Positions 10,155 to 22,779 of a stretch of 56,267 bases of DNA are shown piece by piece; positions within the stretch are counted from its first letter, which is position 1; each line of letters starts with the position of its first letter. The position numbers and the translations under genes were made by a program. The notes under the pieces were generated by a model. It saw only the letters and a list, made by a program, of their open reading frames with translations. It was not told where the DNA came from and ran no database searches. Source of the DNA: Octopus bimaculoides (taxonomy: Eukaryota); assembly GCF_001194135.2 (NCBI RefSeq), contig NC_068981.1, positions 27,201,061 to 27,257,327 of the forward strand, read 5' to 3'.

Positions 10155-11406
10155 CACACATACTCATATGTGCATGCATGTACCCACTCATACAAACACA
10201 TATACTCAAACAACACATACACACACATACATACGCACGCTATAATACACATACATCCTGTAGCTGGCTGGATGTGGTGTGCCATATCAATTCGATACGA
10301 TGTAGCCCACTACTAATTTAGAGTATAGATGTAACGCTTCAGGGTTCTCGCGTCGGAGTAACCAGCGAACATCGAAGAATTAGCACCAAGAAGGAAGAAA
10401 TCCTAATTACATATTTATTCCTTCACACGAAAGGTTGTTAAAGAGACAGTAGACATTCTTGTGGTAGTTATGACAAGGATGACTTGCTGATTAATAGTTG
10501 ATATGGTTGTCCGTCAGTAGAGAGTGAAAGAGTAAGGTGGTCATGGTGCTGACTAGAAAGGAAGAAAGGATAAAGGCAGCTTCGTCTTTTTTACGGTCGA
10601 AAACCTCTCTTAGCATGCTGAACGAAGGGCGAAGGGAAGTGCTGCTCTTGGTCAAGGTTGATGCAAAGCATGATTTCTGTAATTAATTGCGGTAGCACAT
10701 TTCTCTTTGAGAATGCTCTCTGACACACGGTTTCTGTTTTATTATAACTTATACTCCACCGCTTCATCGTTTAATGGGAGAAAATACTTAAGAAATATAT
10801 ATATATATATATATATATANNNNNNNNNNNNNNNNNNNNNNNNNNNNNNNNNNNNNNNNNNNNNNNNNNNNNNNNNNNNNNNNNNNNNNNNNNNNNNNNN
10901 NNNNNNNNNNNNNNNNNNNNNNNNNNNNNNNNNNNNNNNNNNNNNNNNNNNNNNNNNNNNNNNNNNNNNNNNNNNNNNNNNNNNNNNNNNNNNNNNNNNN
11001 NNNNNNNNNNNNNNNNNNNNNNNNNNNNNNNNNNNNNNNNNNNNNNNNNNNNNNNNNNNNNNNNNNNNNNNNNNNNNNNNNNNNNNNNNNNNNNNNNNNN
11101 NNNNNNNNNNNNNNNNNNNNNNNNNNNNNNNNNNNNNNNNNNNNNNNNNNNNNNNNNNNNNNNNNNNNNNNNNNNNNNNNNNNNNNNNNNNNNNNNNNNN
11201 NNNNNNNNNNNNNNNNNNNNNNNNNNNNNNNNNNNNNNNNNNNNNNNNNNNNNNNNNNNNNNNNNNNNNNNNNNNNNNNNNNNNATATATATATATATAT
11301 GTTCAAAAAAAGGAAAAAGACAAAAAACAACAAGAATAAACAACAACGTGAGGAAGTGATACAGAATGTGTTACTGGATGCTCGGGAAAGGAAAGAAAGA
11401 GAATTT

Positions 11407-11433
11407 GACGTTTCGAGTGGAGCCCTTCGTCGG
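11407..11433 (-). ncRNA. Minimal hammerhead-like motif of the Penelope pLTR type
   Basis: Minus strand CCGACGA-AGGGCTCCACTC-GAAAC-GTC; resembles CTGANGA..GAAACGTC but with U4 changed to C and a weak stem I. Confidence 0.4.
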
Positions 11434-12028
11434 AAACAAAGTAAGTCCAAAGAAGAGAAAGACGGACGAAGAAAAAATCGCCAACGATATCCACGAGGTT
11501 ACATTGTAGAATGTATATATATATATATAAGGGCTTGTTGTTTATACCCAAGAAATAGACTTGTTTGTGCCCAAGAAATGGGTTTGCTGTTTGTACGAAA
11601 CAAATGGACAACGCACAGGTTATAATTATTTCTAAAACGCCATTCTCAATTAGTAAATTTTATTTCCCGTAACAATTTAAAGGAATGTTAAAGGGAATTT
11701 ATTTTAATGACATGAACTTTCTGTATAAAGAATCAAATGAAGAAAATGAAAAACAGTGGAAAGTTTTGTAATCAGGGACATGGTAATGTTGAATATTTAA
11801 GAGAATTTGCAGCGTATAAGATGTTTGTACGCAATTCCAGAACAACAAAAAACGTTTCTTTCACTGCATCATTTAAATTTCATTTGTGTCTAAATATTTT
11901 CGTTCTTTGAAACTACAGCAAAACCCTGACAAAAATTCGTGCTACATCTGTTTTGTTAGTGAACAAGTTTCGGTTTCAGAGCAATATTGAGATTGAAATG
12001 AGATATAAATTTTACAGTGAAACCAAAC

Positions 12029-12138
<110 letters not shown>

Positions 12139-13038
12139 TGCGTGTGCGCGTGTATTTTCTTGAATGGCTTACAAACATCTACGCTGCAATTATTTTTCTT
12201 AATACCATTCTGTGAAAGAGAATCGGATAAAGTTTGTGCGCAAAATTTTGTTTTCATCTTCATTTATAGCATAGATAATTTTTTCGTCTGAAATGCGACC
12301 TTCGGCCTCCAGGACACATTGGTCGGCCCAAGGCTATCGTTGAAACGACTTACTGGCGAACAGGGGTGGGGAGAGGACCAGGAGTATTCACACGATCGGA
12401 TTTTTTCCCTAAAGAAAATGGATATACTTCCCAACCGCAAGGTTCCGGGTACAGTACCACTGCATGGCATCTTGGGCAAACACTGGAGTTTAAAGGTTAT
12501 GTTTTTGTAGACCTATTTCNNNNNNNNNNNNNNNNNNNNNNNNNNNNNNNNNNNNNNNNNNNNNNNNNNNNNNNNNNNNNNNNNNNNNNNNNNNNNNNNN
12601 NNNNNNNNNNNNNNNNNNNNNNNNNNNNNNNNNNNNNNNNNNNNNNNNNNNNNNNNNNNNNNNNNNNNNNNNNNNNNNNNNNNNNNNNNNNNNNNNNNNN
12701 NNNNNNNNNNNNNNNNNNNNNNNNNNNNNNNNNNNNNNNNNNNNNNNNNNNNNNNNNNNNNNNNNNNNNNNNNNNNNNNNNNNNNNNNNNNNNNNNNNNN
12801 NNNNNNNNNNNNNNNNNNNNNNNNNNNNNNNNNNNNNNNNNNNNNNNNNNNNNNNNNNNNNNNNNNNNNNNNNNNNNNNNNNNNNNNNNNNNNNNNNNNN
12901 NNNNNNNNNNNNNNNNNNNNNNNNNNNNNNNNNNNNNNNNNNNNNNNNNNNNNNNNNNNNNNNNNNNNNNNNNNNNNNNNNNNNNNNNNNNNNNNNNNNN
13001 NNNNNNNNNNNNNNNNNNNNNNNNNNNNNNNNNNNNNN

Positions 13039-13116
<78 letters not shown>

Positions 13117-13134
13117 TTAATAATAATAATAATA
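13039..13134. repeat. (AAT)n microsatellite
   Basis: Direct reading. Confidence 0.95.
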
Positions 13135-13333
13135 AAATCTTTAAAATCTACAACTTCTGTGAATACCTATACTTTCCATTATCCCTGAGTTTTCGAAAAT
13201 GTAAGCATCCTATTTATTCCATGAACACTACTGTCTTCCCCGTTCGGACAGACAAAAATATTAAATATTAAATATTAAAACCTTAATATCTACAATTTTC
13301 TGTTAAAATTTTACTTTCGTTTATTTCTTTTCC

Positions 13334-14486
13334 TTTCGAACAACGAAAAAAAAAACAAATAGAGAAACAAGACATGCAACATAAAGTGTATACCCCTTCG
13401 CCAGTTGTCCCTGTTTCATCTACTCCGCGTTTCGAAGGCAAGGACAATACGCGACTTCGTTGAAACAGTCCTTCCCGCAAAGCAAATTAAATAAAATTTG
13501 GGATTTTTTGCAGAGGGTGAAACTGTTAACAAAAACACGACAGTGAGAACAAGACAGTAAAACCAAACAGTGGGGGCTGTTGAGCCAAGACGATAGAAAA
13601 ATTGTTATGAACGCTAGGTAGACGAGCCATGAGGAGACCGGAAACGATACGTCTTTTCTTTGGCAAGTAAGTGGACAGAAAGAGAGATCTCCTTTCGTCA
13701 CGTGTCAGCGACGAGAGAGTCAAGGAAGAAGAGGGAGAGAAAGAGAGAGAGGGGGGGAATTGTGAAAGGGAGAGAAGAATATGGAAAGGGTGGGATAGAA
13801 AAACAGAAAGGATGAAGAACAAGAGAGGGAGAGAGATAGACAGAGAAGAGATAGTAGAATAGTGGCCATCATAATAAGTTAAAACTTACTTGGAAAAGGA
13901 TGTGTGGCATTCGATCATATAATAATATAGATAATATATAAATATATGCATATATCCATACATATATGTACATACCTACATCTATATGTATACATACATG
14001 CATATATGGGTACAGGACTTTAAAAAATGTTAAACACAATGAGAAACGAAAACATAGAAAACGAACTTTTTCGAACAACGAAAACAAAAAAAAACAAAAA
14101 AACAAACAGAGAAACGAGACATGCAACATAAAGAGTATACCCCTTCGTCAGTTGTTCTTGTTTCATCTACTCCGCGTTTCGAAAGCAAAGACAATACGCG
14201 ACTTCGTTGAAACAGTCCTTCCCGCAAAGCAAACTAAATAAAATTTGGGANNNNNNNNNNNNNNNNNNNNNNNNNNNNNNNNNNNNNNNNNNNNNNNNNN
14301 NNNNNNNNNNNNNNNNNNNNTAAACAAGAACAAGACAGTGAGAACAAGATAGTAAAAACAAGCGGTGAGAGCCGTTAAGCCAAGACGATAGAAAAATTAT
14401 TATGAACGATAGGTAGACGAACCACGAGAGAAGAGACAAAAAAAGCACGTCTTTTCTTTAGCAATGAAGTGGACAGAAAGAGAGAC
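13334..14486. repeat. Two diverged tandem copies of a roughly 350-400-bp unit, period about 735 bp
   Basis: 13334-13686 aligns to 14069-14486, with a near-identical CpG-rich core (catctactccgcgtttcgaa..acaatacgcgacttcgttgaaacagtccttcccgcaaagcaaa). Confidence 0.9.
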
Positions 14487-14522
14487 TCCAGGAGCTCTAA
14501 CCAGACCTGTGGTAAAGGGAAG

Positions 14523-14564
14523 TAATAATAACAATAACAACAACAACAACAACAACAACAACAC

Positions 14565-14639
<75 letters not shown>

Positions 14640-14651
14640 CAATAATAATAA
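14523..14651. repeat. (AAC)n/(AAT)n compound microsatellite
   Basis: Direct reading. Confidence 0.95.
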
Positions 14652-15880
14652 TAGCCACCAGGGCCGGTCACAAAACATAGAGGAAGACACAAATGAGGGA
14701 CAGTGAGGTTAAACAACCAACAAACACAACGTTTAACAAAGAGATTGCATCAACAATATGCTTCCCCAATAGGGGGGTCTTCCACCGTAAGGTGACCAAA
14801 AAGACCTCAACGGCTCCTCGGGAAGTACCGTCATTTTTCCCTCTTCCATCCGGCCTACAAACCCATTCACGCGGGCCATTTTTGCCACCTTTCAACGAAC
14901 TTCTTGGATGACAGTACCTCTCTCCAGCCTCAATTTCCTTTTCAGATGGAACCCAGAAAAATCAATGAGGCCTTGGCCAAAGAGGAAAGTACCCATCTTC
15001 AACCCTTTCAATCGGGTTCACCACACAACTTCTTTTTCCATAGCCACCAGACAGAGAAAATTGCCCTCCCTTCCCGGCCAAAGGAAGGAGGTGGTGGGAT
15101 ATTTACAATAGACTCGGACGATAGCCGGATCCGTTCTACACGTGACAATAACTGTTCGACAAAGCTCCACAACTCAGCAATGTATGGACACTATACGAGA
15201 GCAAGCAGAACAGTTTCATCGCTCCGCATGCATCTTGGGCAAGTAATGGATCGAGTTCCAGTACGTAGAGAATGCGTGAGAGTCGGCATCCTTGTCAGGC
15301 TCAACGTGCGACACTAAACGATTACGAGAGGTGGCCATTTACTTTGGCCACTGAACAGATGTCGCTGTACATTGCAGCGGTCAACCTCTGAAAATGGGAC
15401 CGAGACCAGCTGCCTTGAGTAAAGCCTCCAAGCTTTCGATTGATTCAAATGGATCAGGGCCTCACCAATGCCTTCGTCTTTACCTAACCTCTCTATGATA
15501 TATCGTAAAATTCAGCAAAGTGCCACTGAAATTCTGCACACATCTGCTTCGACTCGTGTAGCATGAACCCGTCCCGACCCATCAAAGACCGAATTGTAGT
15601 TTTATTTCTTGGTTGCGCCTCACCCACCAAGGCCCGGGCTTTCGTTCCCACCCTAGCTCTGAGAATGCAATGTCCTTGCTTGGTGTTGAATAACTGGCTG
15701 AGAACCAATACCAATCTCGTTGGCAGGACGTCGCTCGCTATACCGTTACTGAGTTCCTCTTCTAGTTTCCTAACTAGATCTCATTCTACTCAAGTCTTCT
15801 CTATGGCCAGTTCTCAACTAAATTCTACAGCTTCTACTCGAATCACCTGTTTTATTGGCCTCACACCATCGGTTGTTGAC
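14652..15880 (-). mobile_element. Tx1/L1-clade LINE, internally deleted, with 3'UTR ending in an (ATT)n tract
   Basis: Minus strand gives GHCILRARVGTKARA...NKTTIRSLMGRDG (EN-RT linker), then LLKAAGLGPIFRG..AAMYSDICSVAKVNGHLS..QGCRLSRILYVLELDPLL (RT). It then runs directly into CPRCMRSDETVLLALV*CPYIAELWSFVEQLLSRVERIRLS (C-terminal Zn knuckle) and KRKLRLER. Confidence 0.8.
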
Positions 15881-15965
15881 CCCGGTGGAATTTGAAATCA
15901 GAACGTAAAGACGGGTGAAATATCGCTAAGCATTTTGCTCGGCGGTCTAACAATTCTTCCATCGC
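15880..15965 (-). mobile_element. SINE family A, 5' fragment
   Basis: Reverse complement of the family A head and B-box region. Confidence 0.7.
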
Positions 15966-15999
15966 ATCTTAATAGTGATAATAATAAGGATAAATGCCA

Positions 16000-16468
16000 C
16001 GAACCTTCGCAGAATGTGTGAGCGGAGAGTCGAAAGCGTGACTCAAATTTTTAGTGCTAGTGAAAGTCTTGCACAGAAAGAGTGCAAGCGCAGACGCGAC
16101 AAGGTATCCCCATACCATCACTGGCTACTATTGTCGGAAGTATGGATACGTAGTAACGGATGATTGGTACCAACATACCCCGGAAAAGGAAATGGACGAA
16201 AAGGGGAAGGTAAAAATCTTCTAGCACTTTAACTACTGGGTAGACAAGTTGCTAGAGCACCGAAGGCCTGATATAGCAACCTTTACGAGGGACAAACAAG
16301 TCTGCCTAATAATCGACTAACAGTTCCAGGAGATCAACATATTATTAAGAAAAAAGAGAAAACATTGATAAATATGGAGTCCTGGGAATTGAGATCGATA
16401 AGATGTGGCAGCTACAAGAGTCAAATATAAAGGTTGTCCCTATTGTCATCGGAGCATCTGGAAACTTT
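16000..16468 (+). mobile_element. R4/Dong-like non-LTR retrotransposon fragment (Zn knuckle plus REL endonuclease)
   Basis: RMCERRVESVTQIFSASESLAQKECKRRRDKVSPYHHW, then with frameshifts CRKYG..WYQHTPEK..KIF*HF..DKLLEHRRPDI..CLIID..VPGD..KY..WQ..KVVPIVIGASG (RHD, PD..D and PIVIGALG motifs). Confidence 0.8.
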
Positions 16469-16474
16469 AGATAG

Positions 16475-16528
<54 letters not shown>
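16469..16528. repeat. (GATA)n microsatellite
   Basis: Direct reading. Confidence 0.95.
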
Positions 16529-16534
16529 TTCACA

Positions 16535-17170
16535 CTGATTCCTTCTCTCCGGCTTATATGTCTACAGTGAACGCAGTACCGTCTACTCCAGCCATTTTCG
16601 CAACTTTAACCCACTTTTCAATAAACTCACTCGAGGACAGCACTTCCTTTCCACTCTCAATTTCCTTTTCAAGTGAAACTTGAAGAAGCCAAAGGGAGCT
16701 CTATCGAAGAGGAATGTATCTCTCCTCATGCTTTTCAGTCTTGTCCACCCAACATCCTCTTTCGACACAGCTACCAGTCAAAGGAAAACAGCCTTGCCTT
16801 GCCGATTGGAGGAGGGTGGCGGGGAAATCATCACTACAGATTCAGCTGACAGACGGATCCGTTCCACACATGACAGTAACTGTTTGACATAACCCCAGAA
16901 GTCAGCAATGTCCGGACTGTCACTCTGCGCGCACCTCGGAAAGTCCGTCTGACAGCACATCCATACTTGTAGAGTTCATTACGAACTGGTAGCGCCCCAC
17001 TCCACCCCTACAGCGCTGCCAAGAAAAGGACATCTGGAAAAATTATCCATGACATTTCCCGACCAGAAAGTCCTCCAGAACAAACTAGCCAGTTCGTTTT
17101 CGTCGAACATCAATCAACCCATTCATTTGCCCGACTGGTAGAGCGCTGCGAACGCTTAACAACATTCTAG
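16535..17170 (-). mobile_element. Second Tx1/L1-clade LINE fragment (C-terminal region), same family as 14652-15880
   Basis: Reads LASLFWRTFWSGNVMDNF...ALPVRNELYKYG...IADFWGYVKQLLSCVERIRLSAESVVMISPPPS...FFKFHLKRKLRVER. Clearly homologous to 14920-15250 at the DNA level. Confidence 0.8.
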
Positions 17171-19161
17171 ACGAAATAATAATGATAATAATAATGATAA
17201 TAATAATACTTTCTACCTTATGAGACATTCCCGTTTTATATTTTACTCATATTGTATACAGAATTATGTTATCCAATGTATGTTATCCAACAAGTCTGCT
17301 GTTCTTTCATTGATAGACATTTGGTTGCTAATTCTAGACTCTCGAGCAAATATGTATATGCTGTCTCAATGGTTAGGACACTCCTTGTCATTTTTGCCAT
17401 AGACAGGTGACACTATATTTTTAGGAGTGAGTACTTCGAACGCAACTATTAACCTCCCCTTATAGGACGAGAGTCAAAATTGATTTCAGCGAGGTTTATA
17501 TATNNNNNNNNNNNNNNNNNNNNNNNNNNNNNNNNNNNNNNNNNNNNNNNNNNNNNNNNNNNNNNNNNNNNNNNNNNNNNNNNNNNNNNNNNNNNNNNNN
17601 NNNNNNNNNNNNNNNNNNNNNNNNNNNNNNNNNNNNNNNNNNNNNNNNNNNNNNNNNNNNNNNNNNNNNNNNNNNNNNNNNNNNNNNNNNNNNNNNNNNN
17701 NNNNNNNNNNNNNNNNNNNNNNNNNNNNNNNNNNNNNNNNNNNNNNNNNNNNNNNNNNNNNNNNNNNNNNNNNNNNNNNNNNNNNNNNNNNNNNNNNNNN
17801 NNNNNNNNNNNNNNNNNNNNNNNNNNNNNNNNNNNNNNNNNNNNNNNNNNNNNNNNNNNNNNNNNNNNNNNNNNNNNNNNNNNNNNNNNNNNNNNNNNNN
17901 NNNNNNNNNNNNNNNNNNNNNNNNNNNNNNNNNNNNNNNNNNNNNNNNNNNNNNNNNNNNNNNNNNNNNNNNNNNNNNNNNNNNNNNNNNNNNNNNNNNN
18001 NNNNNNNNNNNNNNNNNNNNNNNNNNNNNNNNNNNNNNNNNNNNNNNNNNNNNNNNNNNNNNNNNNNNNNNNTATATAGCTGAAGGATTAAAATTAATCA
18101 AACGACATACTAAGTATGTCTAACTGCTGGAAATAACAGTCAAAACTCTTATTTAAATCGACAAAATACACTGATGTTAACTCTACAGAAATCAATCAAA
18201 TGTAGGCAAACGGGCTGCCAACATATATTCAATCTCCCAACATGCATTCAAGTATTTGAACTCAGGTGGACTGGTTTCTGCACTGACAAAAATAACCTCA
18301 GCTTCCTCAGCGCGCCTTATCATGATAGAGACGCCGAACCCGTCATGTTGAAATCTGCGCTGCAACTGATTCGTTTTGAGCCGAAATCATGTCAGCCACC
18401 AGTGTGAAAATAATTTCAATACGGAGAAAATAATTCACGAGAAAAAATAATTCACAGGCACCTTCATTGGCTGTGCTACAACTTCATTATTTGAAACATC
18501 CTCCGATGTGTGCTCATCTGACACCATATTTTCAGTAAATGCAGTAATTAGTTCGAACGCAAAATGTTATATTCAAGCATTCTAAGACAATTAAACATTC
18601 ATAGCGAGCTATATCAATAGCATTCATAATTTTATTGAAAATATTTTTTTCAAAAACATTTAGTTCTCGGAACGGTGTAAAGTCTCCATAGTGAGAGATA
18701 ATTACGCAGTTTTTAGGTAAGAATATCTTTGCAAACAATATTCATTTTTATATATTCGTCACCTCTTCTACTTTGAGAGTAATCTATTATTTTTGTCATT
18801 CCATCAAGAATTAACACGAAGATACGTTCTACAGAGTGCTACGTACACCTGCCCATGAGAAAGTATTGTCTGCCAAAGAAATAACTGAAATGTTTGGCCT
18901 TCAGATTTGATATTGTAAATAAATATCTCTCTAAAACAAATGGAACGAAACGTATGGGCATCATTTGAACTGGGTTTGCCTAGTAGATTAAAATCGCTTA
19001 ATTTTCCTTCGTCTAATTTCTTGTATTTTATATCCGTCGTGTATTTTCGTGCAACTATCGTATAGGTTGGAAATCGTTGATAATTATTTTGATATAATTG
19101 AACAGTGTACGTACATATTTATAGCTATTTGTACTTTAAGTGAAGAGTACAAACAGCTGTT

Positions 19162-19197
<36 letters not shown>

Positions 19198-19198
19198 C

Positions 19199-19230
<32 letters not shown>

Positions 19231-19691
19231 TGTATGTATGTACCTATCTATCTATATAAGTGTACTTTTGTGTTTGTCTGGCAGCCACCGCTTCAAAACC
19301 GGCAGTAAGAAGAGAAAATGTAACGTTCTCTCAAAAACACCGCATGCAGTTATTATCAGGCTTTACCAAATCAATTGAATCGGCGGTGGGATTCGTTCGA
19401 CTAGAAAAGCCTTTAAGGTGGTGTGGTGCTGAAGGCAGTAGTCCAGTGACTGAAACAAAAGCTAAACGGTGTAGTTAATAAATTGGGGCAAAATTATTCA
19501 GACATGTACCCTAGCTGTCTGAAAACTGCAAGGAAATATACCCTTATGAAAAAGATGTTCCAAATAAACAGGAAATTCACAAATTACTTTTCCGTTGAGT
19601 GTCCTGTATTTAACCGAGCCTTTTCTGTTTATTGCTTCTATAAAGAATTCTAAAGAAACAATTTCTATGTATTATCTATCAATATATATTT

Positions 19692-20105
19692 TTCTACTCT
19701 AGGCCCAAAATTTTGTGGGAGGGGGACAGTCGATTAGATCGACTCCAGTACGCAACTGGTACTTAATTTATCGATCCTGATAGGATAACAGGCAAAGTCG
19801 ACCTCGGCGGAAGTTGAACTCAGAACCTAAAGACAAACGAAATACCAGCTAAGCATTTCACCCGGCGTCCTAACGTTTCTTATTTCTTAATTGCCACAAG
19901 GGGCTACACACAGATGGGACAAACAAGGACAGACAAACGGATTAAGCCGATTATATCGACCCCAGTGCGTAACTGATACTTATTCAATCGAAGGATGAAA
20001 GGCAAAGTTGTCCTCGGCGGAATTTGATCTCAGAACGTAGCGGCAGACGAAATATCGCTAAGCATTTCACCCGGCGTGCTAAGCGTTTCTGCCAGCTCGG
20101 CGCCT
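19692..20105 (-). mobile_element. Two tandem SINE family A copies
   Basis: The motif ggcaaagt(c/t)g(a/t)cctcggcggaa...cagaac...gaaata...ctaagcatttcacccggcgt occurs twice. Confidence 0.85.
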
Positions 20106-20414
20106 TTCTCATATCTATTTCTCATATATATCGTTAACATCCTCCTCATGAAATAATCTCATCGACTGGATCTCTTGGCTTTCAGGTATATGGAACTCCG
20201 CATATCCTCTTTTATGTTGGATTACTAAGTGATAAGTTAACTGAGTCCACTATAGGAACTTTATATGATCACCATATGACTCTAAAAATCTATGTATTAA
20301 AATACATGTATATACTTTTACAAGTGTATATACATATATATCAAATTATATATATATGTATATGCACACAAACGCACACAAACGCATAGGTGTATACATT
20401 ATTGCATTCTTTTA

Positions 20415-20602
20415 TTTGTTTCAGTCCTTTCACTGCGGCTGTGCTGGAGCATCACCTTTAGTCAGAGAAATCGATCCAAGGACTTATTCTTTGTAAGCCT
20501 TGTACTTATTCTAGCGATCTTTTTTACTGAACCGCTAGCTAACAGAGACGTAAACACACCAACATCAGTTGTCAAGCCATGGTGGGTGACAAACACAGAC
20601 AC

Positions 20603-20679
<77 letters not shown>

Positions 20680-20682
20680 GAG

Positions 20683-20725
<43 letters not shown>

Positions 20726-20757
20726 CGATGGGCTTCTTTCAGTTTCCATCTACCAAA
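20415..20757 (-). mobile_element. SINE family B, 3' half with internal (TA)(GA)(GATA) microsatellite
   Basis: tttcagtc..ctgcggctgtgctggagcatcacc...microsatellite...gacgatgggcttctttcagtttccatctaccaaa; the end is the reverse complement of the motif seen at about 44000-44030. Confidence 0.7.
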
Positions 20758-21251
20758 ACATGTATAAAATTTTCAAATAATTATCAGTCAGTTGCTTTGT
20801 GCTTTATGGTTAATATAAGTTAATATAGATAAATATATGTGAAGAGATATTTGTGTGCGTAATTAATACATATCATATGTCCATAATAGATCACTTTTCG
20901 ATGCATTCTCAAGTATGGAACGACGTACTTCCATAGGTAATGCATAACATGATCGAATTTTAGCTATTATCTAACAAAAGTAATGTCAGAAAAACTTAAG
21001 GGCGGAATACAGCCGATTAAATATTCATTCACCCCACTACCTAAGCGGTACCTTAACTTTTCGATCCTAAAATCACAAAAGGTAGTTTTGATCTGAATGA
21101 AATTCGACATCCGAATATAAGGAAAGGACGTGACTTAAGGCCGCAAAATATTTCGAGTAGCACTCAAAAAAGCGTCTGCCAAATGTTAGCTTTCATCATA
21201 CTCATAACAACAACTATTATAACGAAAACAACAACAACAACAACAACAACA

Positions 21252-21314
<63 letters not shown>

Positions 21315-21446
21315 TAGAAGAAAGAAAAATGTTAGAAGCAAGCATGACAACTACGGCTCATTGCAGATGTAATGGAGGTGATCGTCCCGACAGAACATAA
21401 ATAAAACACAGCAGACAACTGTGACGTGATGGAGACTTAAAGTTAT

Positions 21447-21530
21447 CTACACGCCTATCGCTTTGCTTTCCACTAAACTCTGTCTCGTCAGTTTGAAGTC
21501 GGCACTGGCAGTTTGATCACTTTTGCAGAC
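21447..21530 (-). CDS. Candidate terminal coding exon
   Basis: Strong acceptor ttttatttatttctgcag|G; phase-0 frame reads VCKSDQTASADFKLTRQSLVESKAIGV*. No good donor and no homology recognised. Confidence 0.2.
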   Translation of the reverse strand, partial: VCKSDQTASADFKLTRQSLVESKAIGV

Positions 21531-22109
21531 CTGCAGAAATAAATAAAACAATATACATACTTACACCACTCCCCTACACACACACGCGAAAACACACACA
21601 CACTTACGTATAGTTTGAATATGTATGTATGTATGCATGGATGTATGCATGTATACATGCATCTATGTATGTATGTATTTATGCATATATGTAAGCATAG
21701 ACATGTATGTGTTTGTATGAAAAAGCGAGTACGAGAGAGAGAGAGAGAGAGCAAAACATGTTGAATGAAATGGTATACATCGTTGGTGGCAAGCAGTTTA
21801 GCAAAGAGGAACAATATACAAAACTGAAAACATCAAGAGTCTTCAGTGCGATGGTGATAGTCGTGGCGTCACTTATGATGATGATGACGATGATGTTGAC
21901 GTTATCCACGATACTGTTGGTGGTGATGATGTTGTTGGGTATATTTACAAACAGAAAATTGTTTTCAATATCAATAAACACTTGGGACAAGCAGTTTGTA
22001 AATCGTTATTATTTCATAGAATATAGAAAGAATATAAAAATCATATAATTAATGATATTGTTCCTATTAGGGATTGAAATTTTGGTATAAAACCAGCGAT
22101 ATAAAGGGA

Positions 22110-22460
22110 TGTATACTGAGTTTTCTTAATTTCAGTACTTCATTGGCACTTTATTTTATCGACCCCTAGGAAGTACATTTGAATCTCAGAACGTAAAGAG
22201 ACGGAAAATATGCCGGCTAGCATTTTGTCCCATATACAATTCAACCAACAAAAGTATTTCAAATTTTGACACAAGGTCTGCACTTATTCACTTATGTGGG
22301 AGTAGCTTAGTAGGATATATCGATCCCAGTGCTTATGGTGTGTGCAATGAAAAACGCTTCAGATGAAGGTGGCGAAATTTGATCTTAGAACGTAAAAAGC
22401 CGTAAGAAATTACACTGCGCATTCTGTCTGAGGCGTTAAAGATTCTATCAGCTCGCCGTC
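22110..22460 (-). mobile_element. Two tandem decayed SINE family A copies
   Basis: tcgacccc...atctcagaacgtaaag and tcgatcccagtgc...atcttagaacgtaaaaag...gattctatcagctcgccgtc. Confidence 0.75.
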
Positions 22461-22462
<2 letters not shown>

Positions 22463-22524
<62 letters not shown>

Positions 22525-22635
22525 TATATACATACATACTTACATACATACATACATACTTACATGCATACATACATACATACATGCATACATACATACA
22601 TACATACATACATACATACATACATACATACATAC
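22463..22635. repeat. (AAT)n plus (ATAC)n compound microsatellite
   Basis: Direct reading. Confidence 0.95.
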
Positions 22636-22779
22636 GTATATTATAGATAAGTTACGACAAAACCTGAGTTAAAAGATTAATGACAATAATAACTGAAAAG
22701 AGATGGAATTACATGGTGATTTGTGTAGCCGACCATGAATTTTGAATTGAAAACTGCTGGTTGCGACAAGTGGGGCAGT

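Noticed and set aside
10580-10680. Minus-strand acceptor followed by short frames (MLCINLDQEQHFPSPFVQHAKRGFRP* or ...PSFSMLREVFDRKK...), loosely neuropeptide-like
   Set aside because: Weak acceptor, no supporting exons or recognisable homology; the resemblance is not above chance.
13395-13460. GAAACGCGGAGTA and CTG(G/A)CGA blocks in the 735-bp repeat, suggesting a type II hammerhead
   Set aside because: No stem I can form between GUA and the CUGANGA-like block, and stem II register is non-canonical.
14904-15317. Plus-strand ORF with LPSRPKEGGGGIFTI, resembling the R4 LYLPRKEGGRGL motif
   Set aside because: The minus strand gives a much better, colinear Tx1 Zn-knuckle reading in both homologous copies.
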